NCBI RefSeq assembly: GCF_036321535.1
Contig: NC_087437.1
Location: 47,990,001-48,054,000, forward strand
DNA: 64,000 nt
DNA from: Camelus dromedarius
Taxonomy: Eukaryota
Direction: 5' to 3'
A model generated the notes under the pieces. That model was not told the DNA's origin. It did no database searches and worked only from the letters and a program-made list of their open reading frames with translations. Made by a program: the position numbers and the translations under genes. Shown here piece after piece: positions 1 to 11,259 of the stretch. How positions within the stretch are numbered: the first letter of the stretch is position 1; every line of letters begins with the position of its first letter.

Positions 1-1539
1 GAAGTAGGAAGCATGGCCAGCTTAGGGGAGGTGTGGGGCAGAGTGGGGATTTGAGGAGAGAGGAGGGGGTAAGAAAGTTACCCAGACTCTTCCCAGACTT
101 TTACATTTTCCTTTCTAATGAACTTACTTTAATTGTTAACAATTCTGTACATTTTTATAAGGACGGTCTGAGTCATCAGTTTGTTTTCCATCCTCATCAG
201 TTTTTCTCACTATTATAACTTTTGCTATTGCAAATTCCCCTTTGCAGCCGTTGTTTCCACTCGGCCCAGCTTTCCCAGGTCAAATTTTGTAAATCTAAAT
301 TTTGTCGAGAGGATTTTGTTCTTTTATCAGTTTTTAACCAATAGCAAATTTTACTACAAGCAGTGTTGGCCATCATCTTGGTAATTTCTCAAGCCTACTT
401 TTTCCCAGGTCAGTTTGTGCAGTTTTTAGTATTAGATGGGATCTTTCACCTGTCTTTAAATCTCTTAAGACATTTTTTTCACCTGGCACTGTTTTTTGCT
501 ATTGTTAATTATTTGCAGGAATATCAGTTATGGCCTGGATGCAATTATCAGTAGAGCAAAGACTTAGGACCTTGGGCGCCCACTGAGTTTAAAACTGCAG
601 GTTAGAAACGTGGTAGCTTCCAGTAAATTGCTAGCTTCCTTTTCTGTTTCCCTTTCAAAGAACTCAGGCTGGAAAGGCTCTACTGCCTGGTCTCCACCCT
701 TCTAAACAGTGAGCAGACTCGAGCAGAGCACCTACTGAGAATCAGTTTTTTGCCCTGTGGAACTAAACTAATGTTAACCATTGGTTCCTCACGTTCTGAT
801 TCACTGACGATTAACTAGGCGGCATTATTTATTATGCGATGTAAGTAAGGAAAAAAACAGGTCAGTCCTTGTGAGCCCTGAAGTACTGGCTAGTTGAGGT
901 CTACTACCTCAAGGAGCCCTGTACAGAAATGTAAAGGACCCTTCAGACCTTGGGCTGCTTCTGTATACACTGGGGTGAAGCAGCTGTTTGGGGACATTAA
1001 CATAATTCACATTTAAAGTGGGAGGGTAGGAGACATAAGAGTTTGAGTGATGCAGCAGGTGGGGAGAGGAGCCACAATTCACCACTAGGTAGATGGCATT
1101 TTACTGCGTGTAGAGTAACAGTGGAGCAGGAAAGAAAGATGTACAGCTTGATTTTCTAGAGGAGAAAACAGAATCCCACCTGAAGTGCTGCCGCAGATCG
1201 GAAGCAGGGGCAGTCAAGAGGGAGAGCCTGTTGTCTCCGTCCCCAACCTGACCACTCAAGGACTTTAGTAGGCATCTCGGAAACACAAACTTCCACATCA
1301 GTGGCATTCGTCCCCCCCGGGGTAAGTCCGCCCTTTCCCTGCTCCAGGAAGTCCTCCCGTCTCCGTCCGGACACCTCACATCTCCCTGGGCTCGCTTTCC
1401 TTAAAAGTGTGGTGTGTCCTGGGCACACACCACACTTGTTCCTGTCTTGGCATCTTTTGCTAGCTGTGGGCTCTGCCAGGACGCTTGTCCCCAGCTCCAC
1501 TTGGCTGGCTTCTTGTAATTTAAATCTCAGTTCTAAGGT

Positions 1540-1775
1540 CACCTATGAGAAACCTTTCCTGACCACCTATGAAGGAGCCCCAGTCACTCTCAGAATCCCT
1601 TACCTGCCTTGTTCTTCTTAGCGCTTTGCAGCACGTGGCGTTCTTACTCATGTATTTGTTGATCTTTCCCAGAAATCTAAGCTCTTCAAGGGCTTGATTT
1701 GATTTACTTACCACTGTCCTGCTCTAGAACAGTGCCTGCAACTTAGTAGGTGCTGAAATATTTCTTGACTGATTA
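1540..1775 (+). mobile_element. L2 LINE 3' fragment
   Basis: ctagaacagtgcctgcaacttagtaggtgctgaaatattt resembles the L2 3' terminus. Confidence 0.7.
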
Positions 1776-1817
1776 AAAAAAGAAAAAGACCCTAAAACTG
1801 AAATATATTTTAATACT

Positions 1818-1823
1818 TTTATT
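1818..1823 (-). terminator. Distal polyadenylation signal AATAAA
   Basis: The plus strand reads tttatt. A second hexamer ATTAAA lies at 1809-1814, and a downstream minus-strand ggtctttttctttttt element at ~1775-1791. Confidence 0.75.
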
Positions 1824-2954
1824 CTAAAAACAAAAAAATCACAAAATCCAATTTCAGGTTAAATAATATTTTAGTCTTTAAAAATTAACAAAGGAGTACG
1901 ATTTTAAAGTTTTGCTTTGTATCTAAAACGCATGCTTGATTTCCAGATAACTCATGCAAAGTCATATGTAGTGACTGATAGTCAATAAAAAGAACCTTTT
2001 AATCAGTAGTACAAATTAGATTATATTTGATTTGAAGCAATTCTGAACCCAGTAACTCATTTTCAAAGATTTCTGAAAAGACTTTGAAGCCACAAAGTTT
2101 ATTTGAAAACATAGTTTAAAATTGCACAGATATAAATACAATTTAATAATGTGAAAAGGGAAGGCATGCTTCCAATTATAGTACAAAAATACTACCTTCA
2201 TCTTGGTAAGCCAGTGGAATAAATTAAACACATCAATATGGTAAGAGATTATTTTTATGATAGTAATTTTATTTCAAAGAGCAACAGAGGGAAATAGAGT
2301 TGTGCTATGATATATATTTCACTAAGTACAGATACATCATCATGTAGTATGCCAATAACTTACACCCCAATTGCCATTAATTTCCTATAGGTCACTTAGT
2401 TTGGGTTGGTTTTAACTTGAAAACTCAATGTAAACATTTAAGGTTAAATTTTTTGTTACCTATTTCAGCTTAAAAATGAAATCCCAAGATTTTAAACATT
2501 GAGCATAAGGAAGCATCACAGAAGAATCTGTCTCAAACAGTATTTTAGATCAGACTAGATATGCAATATTCATAGATATATAAAATATATAGAAATATCT
2601 TTTCTAAATAGTTAATAAATGCTTGTTATAGTTTGTATAAAGTTTACTAAATTAATCAGGTTTTTTTCTCCCCAACAAATATAAACAAACTTGGGCAATG
2701 AAAATTGAAGAGGGCTTGGATTAGATGATATGGGGGGGAATTGAAAATAAATTGGTAAAAGTTTCCTTTAAGTACTGGTAACACATTCAATCATGAATGT
2801 GTTTTTCACGTGGCACAGGTTTTTAATGGTATTTTTATGTGTCTCGGTGAAAATGCCAAACTGCCTCATTGAGTGAGTGTATATATCCCCTAGTCCTTTT
2901 TATCACACCGTTTCCAAGGAATTCAAAGGAAAAGGAAAAAAAACCTACACCCAT

Positions 2955-2960
2955 TTTATT
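2955..2960 (-). terminator. Candidate alternative poly(A) signal AATAAA
   Basis: AATAAA followed on the minus strand by gggtgtaggttttttttccttttcc (GU/U-rich). Confidence 0.4.
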
Positions 2961-5900
2961 GTTGGGCAAAGAACTGCCTCTTTTTTTTTTTTTTTTTTTA
3001 ATCTTATTTTGAGTGCAGGTTTGCAGGTTTCCACAGGACCTGTGGGAGCTGTGCTGTGATGCTCTGCAACGCTCCAGGAGAGTTTGCTCAGGTAGGTCCT
3101 GAGAAAACAGGGCTGAGGTTTTGGGGATCGGGGCACTTGTTTTCAGAGTCTGTTCTTTTGGTATTTCTGCAGAGCGTGCAGGTAGTGGAAACTATTCGAG
3201 GCAAAATGCCACATAAGAGTTTGTTAAATCTCACTTGAGTTTTCTGTTTTTTTTTCCTTCTCTTACCTGTTTGATGCTGCCACACGATGGTCTTTGCCGG
3301 TACTTGGGGAATTCTGTCTTGGAGCTCATCTGTAGGTGTGGGCGTGCAGGGGTGTGTGAAATGAGGACAAAGCTGTCACTAACATACAATGTCCTCACTG
3401 TCTTTCGAACTTTGCTCCCTCCATTTTCTGGTCTCCTTGCCCTTATTTTTTCATAAAGCAGGGGTCACAGAAAAAGGCAGTGAGAGAACTTTACAGTTAA
3501 GGTTGAGTGACTGTGAAATCACCTCATCAACCCTGAATTTCAATGTTTTTAGATATATTGACCAAGTCCAATTTCTCAAGGAATGTGGGCCCAAGTAGCT
3601 CACTTACAAGTAGGGCCGTGTTGAGGACAATGGTGTGACAGACACCCCCACACACTGTGGGGCATTTGCAGAAATTAAGGCCCCATGTCCACTGTGCCTT
3701 TTGATGGTTTTCATGTGCCTGACATTACCCTAACCTCCCCATCTTATTTAGAATGTCAGTATTTCTAATTTACAAACAACTTGAAATGCACTATTCAGAA
3801 TTTAGAACCCAAAACTGCTGAGGCAATCAACATGATTTTGTTTAGCAGCATTCAAACACAAGGATTTTTGTCTCCATCTTGCATCTGTTGTTGTGCCTCA
3901 ACTGGTTTTTAAAAATCGTTTGGATGTCTAAACACCTGGATTCCTCAGAGGACCAGTTTGGCACTGGCTGCAATACTGCATAAGCCAGACGTGTGACAGC
4001 ATGAGAACAGTCTCCAGGACAGGATTTTGAAAGCAAATAGAAAAACTGGAACACAAAGTTTATGAAAATGCTTCCTTGTTCAGAAGCAAGGAAAAATACG
4101 CTAACCTATGAGACTTACTCATGCACTGGGTAGATTTACATTCAGTAAAGTTCTCTTGCATGCTTTGGTTAATATTGGAGTAGGCAGATTTGCAAGTACT
4201 AATAATGCATGCGTTATTTTGGTACCTGAGGTTGTAAGTCTTACTTTTTAAAAACCGCCTTTTTACAAACCTTATGCCAGAGCTCATCTATAAACCACTC
4301 CTTAAAAATATATAGATCTATCTAATTCTTAGTTCAAAACAGTGTAATTTCAACCAGTTCTATAAATACTGAGATGATAGGGAAACTGTGCCATAACACC
4401 CGGAGAGGGAATAAATTTGAAATTATTTTACAAAGTTGAAATCATGCATGTGCATGTGTAGTAATTTCTAAAACAAGAGGCCTCCAAAAGATGACACACA
4501 AATTAAGCCGTGAAAATACCCTGTTTCTATAGTGCTATTAGAAGCGTTTCAAGCAATAAAACAGCAACAACTTACAGTCCAGTCCTGTGTCACTGATTCA
4601 AGGACAAATGAAGGGAGACAAAATGACCATCTTGCTTTCTCTCTCTGCCCAAGGAGCACACCAAGTTCACAGCACGGAGTTTGGGTGCTCCTGTCATAAC
4701 TGGGACTAGCTACAGTTGTGTTTGAGTCTTGCTTGTATAGCACAAACACACTGGAAAGATTTATCTAATAGTAGTATCTAGACATGGACCTAAGATTTAA
4801 CATAGTTCTCTTTAAAGAATGCAGAAAGTGGCATACTACTCTGAAAGAGAGTGGGTCCTGGACATTCCAGGCCTGTTAAGTGTCACAAATTTGCCATTCT
4901 AGTTGCAATGCAGACTGAGAGAGCACAGCTCATAGCTTTTCTATTAGTTTCCCAGTGCACAAGACCTGCCGTTCTTTCAAGGAGAGTCATGGGAAGTGAT
5001 CTTGGAAGAGAGCAAAAGGAATGATGACTCACCATGATTGCCTTACTGCTCCTGTTTCCTATCCCTCCACCTCCTCCTCACTGGTAAGGTATAGGACACA
5101 GAAATAGCCCACTAGACACAGTTATATTTTGAAATTCAGCAATGATCACCAGCCTTCTCTGCATTTTCATCCCATCTACTAGTGAAATTGTTCCTTGAAA
5201 GTCACATTTATGAAACTGAGTAGCCCTTTTAGTAAAAATGTTACCATTGTCTAAGAGATCTTAGGCTACTCCTCAGTAATAACAAAAAAAAGCATACTCA
5301 AAGCCTTCCCATGGTGCCCCAGAAGGTAACCCAAAACATCCTACCTTTCAAGTGGAAAGAGTAACGTAAATGACAATTTCACACCAGGAGGATAAGAAGC
5401 CAAAAACAGTTCTGCTTAAAAAAAAAAAAAAAACAACAAAAAACCAATAAGGACTGTTTTAAAATCTTGCTACTTAATTTTTGGTGGTGCTCTGATTTCT
5501 ATAAACTTCCACTTGCTTTCTAGTAACTGTTTTTACTTAAATTTGTTTAAAAGTATTATTGAAAAGCAGCTTGGGCAATAATTCTGTACTCCTTGACATG
5601 AAAATCTTGCTTCTGATGGACACGGATATATTGGAGAAAATCTTACTGAATGCTCTGCAAATTACCAAATTATGATGGGAATGGAACACTGTTTACTCTA
5701 ACACAACTTTTTGGAGTTTGAAGTTACTTTGTATTACAAAAGCAAAATAAAACTTGGGCTACAGACTTTGCCACCACTTAGCAATAAGCAAATTGAAATA
5801 TCCTGCACTTGTGCTACTGTGAGGCTTTCAATTGTTACTGATCTCACACAGGTAGTGCCAGCAAGGCTAAGAAAACAGCTGATCATTACTGCAAATTCAG

Positions 5901-8109
5901 TTACTGTTGGAAGTGTAGAATGACATCATCAACAGAACACCCGTCAGGTTTTCTCCTAATGGACTCTGATGGCTGCACGTGTCAGCTGGCCAGCTGGTGA
6001 ATGCACAGGATTGGGAGGAGGAACACGCAGAGAAGGGATGCTGTTCTATCCGGGATATTCAGGCAGGCAGCTCTCATGGGTTGGAGGCTGGCCCAGAGTC
6101 CCTCCCAGACTGAGTTTCAAGGATGTTAAAATTCTAAATAATACCATTTATTCTTTAGAAAATATTGAGCTTTATTTTGCTTCTCAGACTGCAGGAAAGC
6201 AGGCCAACATGGGGTTGTGATCTACTGCCCAGCAGTGAGTGACTGAACGCCTCTGCCCCCTGCTGGCCAGCGGGAGGCATCACCTAGCCCAAGTGGGCTT
6301 TGATGGGAAGATAGAAGCTGGGTACCACCAGAGTGCCCTCAACTCTTTGTCCTTACAAACTGAAATAGGTTACGATGTATGGAAGCCTCAAGGACTTGTG
6401 GTTTCATGTGTCCTTGGCTCCCCTTCCTACCCCAGCAATTTCTAACAGGAGAGAAGATCCCTACCTGGATCCGGGACTGGACGTCTCAGCACATACATGC
6501 GTCTCTCCTCCCCCAGTCACACTCTGGAGCCAAATGCTGTTTTGCGTGGTAACTCTGATCATGCAAGTAACCAGCTATTACTAACCAAAGAATATGAAGA
6601 AAAAGTTGGGATCAAATTGCTTTGGGGAAGAGTCTGGAAGAAGGAAGGAGACAAAAGAAGAATGGGACAGTGCACCATGACTCATTACTAGACTTGGACA
6701 TCAGTGAAGTTATATTTTGGTTAGCATTTTGTAATTTTTCTAATTATTAAAAAAATGATGTCTTTCCAAGTCATCACCAGACTCCCAACAGGCAGAAGGC
6801 ACTCTGAAGAACTAAGTAGAATATAACCAAGTAAATAAAACACAGCCAACAGAAAATTCCTGATACTTGATAAACGTTCAAAGTGAGAGCCAGGCATGCA
6901 CCATTCATATTAAACCACTGACATTCCGTGAGGTTCAGCTAGAAAAAACTGATCTTCTATCACTTAAAATGCGAAAGAGTGAGCAGTGCAGATTGTGGAA
7001 CTAAGAAAACACATAATTCTTAAGAAAAGATGTATTTATCTCAAATACTATTTAAAATATTTCTCTCTTAAATACTGTTTAAAATATTGACAGTTTAAAA
7101 GGAATATAGATGTGCAGGGCAGTTAGCAAGGAAAATATGACGTTTAAGCAAGTTAATGTTAACTCAATAGGAATCACAATATCGCAGTTTCTCCCTGCAG
7201 AGAATCTGTGAAGAGATGCTACCTTATCTCTTGCTTATATTCATACAGTTCCCGAAAAGCATGTGAATAAGATCTATGTTTGACATATTTACACCCTATG
7301 TCATATCTGCTTTAAGAAAAACACTCCTTTCAAAATCCTACACTGTGAAAAACTATTTTCAGTTTTTATTTGGTCCATTGATCTAACAAGGCTGAGTTCT
7401 CAAATCTTTCACCCCCAAGTTAAAAATTGGAGCAACAAAACAAAACTCCAGCAAGGCATAAATAAGATAATAAAGTGCATATTTACAGTCCCAGAAAAGT
7501 TTTAATTGGGAACAGCAAAAATTTCTAGTGCAAAAACAGCTTTTGCCAGCAAAGCTCCCTCTCTGGAATCAAAGGGCTACAGGAAAAGTTAAAACTGGAA
7601 CAGGTTTAAGCAATGCCTCTCTTCAGTCAAGAGTTAATATATGTGCATGCACCTTGGCTCAAACTATGTTCAATCTGGTAAGGGGGGAATTTCAGGGGAC
7701 AGTTCAGAAACAGTCAGAATTCCCTGATCCGAGGCAGTGCTTTCTCTAGGTATCCCACGAGCAAGTTCCTTAGATGCGTCACCAGCTGCAGGTGGGGACA
7801 AAAACCCCAAAGAAAATACTTGCAATACGTTTGCAGCTTGTGAAGAGCATTCACGTACCGATACTTTATCTTGGGTTGTCTTGTGTCTCTCCATTCTTTC
7901 GAGCCCAACCCTGACTCTGTATACAACATTTTGTGCTTTTGGATCCGAACAAAACTGGGCATTATCTGTAGGAATTCTCTTGAGTTACATCACCATGGTC
8001 TTTTGAACATCCGTTTTATCCTTGTTGGAATTCATAATAAAATAGTTTTGTATTTCTCGGTATAATTACACAGATAAGGGATTATTATTTTTTATTTTTT
8101 TCTTTTCCT

Positions 8110-8314
8110 TCAAGGATCCAAGTTGAAAGCTCTTAGGAGGACATCCAGGTCACCGAGATTAGCTGCCTGGAAGAGTTCCGGTTGGTCCATCAGAGAAAGA
8201 GCGATTCGGAGGGCAGCCCAGATGTTCCCAGAGATTGCAGGATGAGGAACTTGCTGTTGATTCCTGCTCTTTCTTTGCAAACTGAGGGCAGTGAGAAAAT
8301 TGCTGACTGCTTCT
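8110..8314 (-). CDS. PEX5L: PEX5L terminal coding exon (exon 15 equivalent), coding part
   Basis: Acceptor ctcttag|. 205 nt encoding (R)EAVSNFLTALSLQRKSRNQQQVPHPAISGNIWAALRIALSLMDQPELFQAANLGDLDVLLRAFNLDP, then TGA (stop at 8110-8112). Confidence 0.97.
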
Positions 8315-8699
8315 CTAAGAGGGTAGAAAAACAGACATTTAAAAATGCAACAGATTTCAGAGTTAGCAAACTTAAAAATGAATTAAGTTGTCACAGTCCG
8401 AAATCCTAAATCACCTCTCTGGTGTTTTGGATCATCAGATGAACAACTTTCTGATTTTCTCTTCATTCCTTTGTGAAAAGGTATTGTTAAATAGTGAAAT
8501 CAGAAAAAAAAAGGAAAGCATATTTTATTTTACGCATGTCACATGGGACAGGAAAAGTAATAGCAAAACCATTGCTAAAGCATTAATGCATCTGATTTGC
8601 CCCCTCTCTGGAATGATTTGAAGACTTTTGCAGACATGATTTATATGATCAGACGAAGCATCTGGCCTTACTTAGAAACAAGAAATCCAGGAGGTTGAG

Positions 8700-8885
8700 T
8701 GGAGTTTGTTATCAAAGCCCCTGGGCTTGAATCCCAGTTATTTAGCCACAGGCAAATTTCTTAGCTTCTCCAAGCCTCGGTTTCCTCAGCTTGGAAACCG
8801 AGAATTACAGAGAGAATAGGATGTCATTTTAAAACCTTGTTCTGAGGTGCAGTTGAATCAATTTATGTGAAAGTTCTTATCATTA
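8700..8885 (+). mobile_element. MIR SINE
   Basis: Contains the MIR core ggcaaatttcttagcttctccaagcctcggtttcctcagc. Confidence 0.7.
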
Positions 8886-8893
8886 AGTTAGAT

Positions 8894-9357
8894 CAATAGT
8901 TCTCCATGTGTGGTCTGGGGAACTCTGGGGAGCAGTGAAGTCAAAGTTATTTTTATAATAATGCTGAGGTGTTTATTTTACCTCTTTACTTTCATTTTCT
9001 CATAAATATACAATAGAATTTTCCAGTGACTATATGATGTATGATATCCCAATGGAATGAATGCAGAAGCAGATGTGAGAATTTGTCTTCTATTAAGCAA
9101 GATATTAAAGAAATTTGCAAAAATGACAAATGCTACTCTTCTCACTTCACTGTTTCAGAGAATTATTTTTTGTAAAATATATAATTTATGTTAACAGGTA
9201 ATTATTATTACTTTTCAATGACTCTTTTAAACTTTTCTGTTTAATTTCCAACATGGTAAAGATTGATAGCTACAGCTCACATACACACAAGCCCCTCGAG
9301 GTTCTCAGTAACTGTTAAAGTGTAAAGGAGTCTGGGAACACAGCTTGTGACCCGCTG
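8894..9357. mobile_element. hAT-Charlie non-autonomous DNA transposon (Charlie4a-like)
   Basis: Ends caatagttctc...gtgacccgctg are degenerate CAGTGGTTCTC TIRs. The 8-bp TSD is agttagat (8886-8893) / agtcagat (9358-9365). Confidence 0.8.
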
Positions 9358-10828
9358 AGTCAGATGCTGTCCAGAAGCCCTCTAGCCCCTCTGGTCCACG
9401 ACTGTGCTCTGTTGCTCGTGCACCTGGTCTACTTGCCAGGACTGCCCTCTTCAGCTCCCCTGTCTCCTGGGGCGCGTATTATATTTGACAAACTTGTCTT
9501 TGCTAAGAATGGCATTGCTTTAACGTGTATCTTCTGTGGTCTTCTTAAAAGCTTTCTGTACACTTAACTCCATTGAATCCTTCAAGGTAGTCACCATCAA
9601 GCATCTGGTAAGAAATCTTAAAGCGAGGCTGGATTTCTGATTCTGGTGCACACAATCCAGACATTGGCTCTTGTATATTGTTAGATCTGCCTGGAAATAA
9701 AGGGTGATTGGGAAATGGTTGCACTGTATGTAGCAACCTGGGTTATGAAGGGAGTGGGTGTTCGCATCATCCCCCCTTTTGGATTTCTTGTAACCAAGTA
9801 AGAGAGGAGGATTCATAACATACGCACATGGAGAGTTTACTTTGGGAGCCCTTTCTGGCTTCCTCAGCACAGGGTGGCAGCTTGAATGACTGACTCCATT
9901 TCCTCTCATCATCCTGGGCCTGTAAGAACTTGGAGAAGGAAGATCCTGGAACGCCCTCCTGCCCGGGCTGCTCCTGCCCCCGGGGCGCAGTCTCTGAGGG
10001 CCTGAGAGTAGCACAACTGTCTAACTCGTTAGCCTCGTCAAGAAACTCCAGGTTTTTCCAATGAAGATAGTCTAACCCTGTTCCCTAACTTTGGGAACTC
10101 AGAGTCCTTTTGGGGGCCTCAGAAGATTGTACAGTGTACAAGTGAATTGTTTTCAAATGTTTCACACATATATGTAACAAGTTTAAATTGTTTTAAATAT
10201 TTGTCATGATAAATAAGCACATTCATTTAAAAGCATTCTTCATTCTATAGTCGCTTTTCCACATTATGCTAATATTAAAAATATTACTATCAAAGGGGAT
10301 GAGATTTATGTTGTCATTAAAAAGGGGCCCTCACTTTTGAAAAGGTTAAGATTCTTTAGTCTCAGTTCTATTTTGAAGCTCCTACTGACCAAGGCTAGAA
10401 TTTTAAGCTCCACCTAGGTTTCACGCCAACAATTTCCTCTCACTTCAACTACATACAGTATGAGGGGAGGCTTGCTTTTGACTCTTTACAGAACGTATGA
10501 AGTGACAAACTGTGTTACAGCTGCGTACACGGACACCTGCAGTTCCTGAGGGAGAGGTCCCGAGACTGGTGGAGACAGAGGTGCCGGTACCAGCTCCCGG
10601 CGTGCTTCTGGGCCACACCTCTGCTGAGAGTTATTTCCTCAGCATCTGCTGACACCTCAAGCAGACCTTATTTTCAGAATCCATTTAATGTCTCACTTGA
10701 TGGTCTTTTTCCTCAGGAAAAAATGCAAGATGCTTATCGCTTCTCAAGGTTTCCCGTATCTGGCACGACAATAAAAGACCCACAAAGTTTAGCCGAAACA
10801 CTTGGCTGTTCCAAAGTACCTAATTGAT

Positions 10829-11018
10829 CAAGATGGACAGATTTAGCAAAGAGGAATACAGGATGCACAGTTAAATTTGAATTTCAGATAAACAATGAAT
10901 AATTTTCAGTATAAGTATGTCCCATGCAATATTTGGGAAATGTTTACCTTAAAATGTATTTGCTGTTTATCGGAAATTCAGATTTAGCTGGGCACTCTGC
11001 ATTTTATCTGGACACCCT
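10829..11018. mobile_element. MER53 palindromic MITE
   Basis: cagatttagcaaa...aatttgaatttcagataaacaa...taagtatgtcccatgcaatatttggga...tgtttatcggaaattca...atctggacacccta is a self-complementary arrangement matching MER53. Confidence 0.85.
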
Positions 11019-11259
11019 AAAACTGACTTGCTCCTGTATAGGAGACTTTCTGCTTGAGATTAAAAATTCACACCTCAACAAAGTCTGTCCATTTATACCT
11101 GTTACGGACTTTCATAGCCTCTTGCAAATAGTTGCCCTACCGAGATGTACATCTGTGAATGCCAAGAAAGTGTTCTGTTGCCCCTCAAGTATTTTTTCTC
11201 TATACAAGAAGTTACAGTTAAGAAAAACTCATCCGGAAGCTTTAGAAAGGCCTCCTTTA

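Larger units (their letters stand above)
1797..8109 (-). other. PEX5L: PEX5L long 3' UTR (~6.3 kb, distal end approximate)
   Basis: AT-rich stretch largely free of recognisable repeats, running from the stop codon to a poly(A) signal with a U-rich downstream element. Recognisable repeats resume immediately beyond it. Confidence 0.75.

Noticed and set aside
25..70. Potential G-quadruplex
   Set aside because: One loop is long and such G-runs are common; there is no functional context.
1101..1714. Overlapping 60-130 aa ORFs in a GC-richer patch, or possible neighbouring-gene (USP13) exons
   Set aside because: No recognisable protein sequence, and part of it overlaps an L2. USP13 neighbours PEX5L in human, but nothing here supports calling it.
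9520..10014. 164-aa minus-strand ORF
   Set aside because: No recognisable homology. Only the splice-acceptor aspect in a different frame was kept as a speculative finding.
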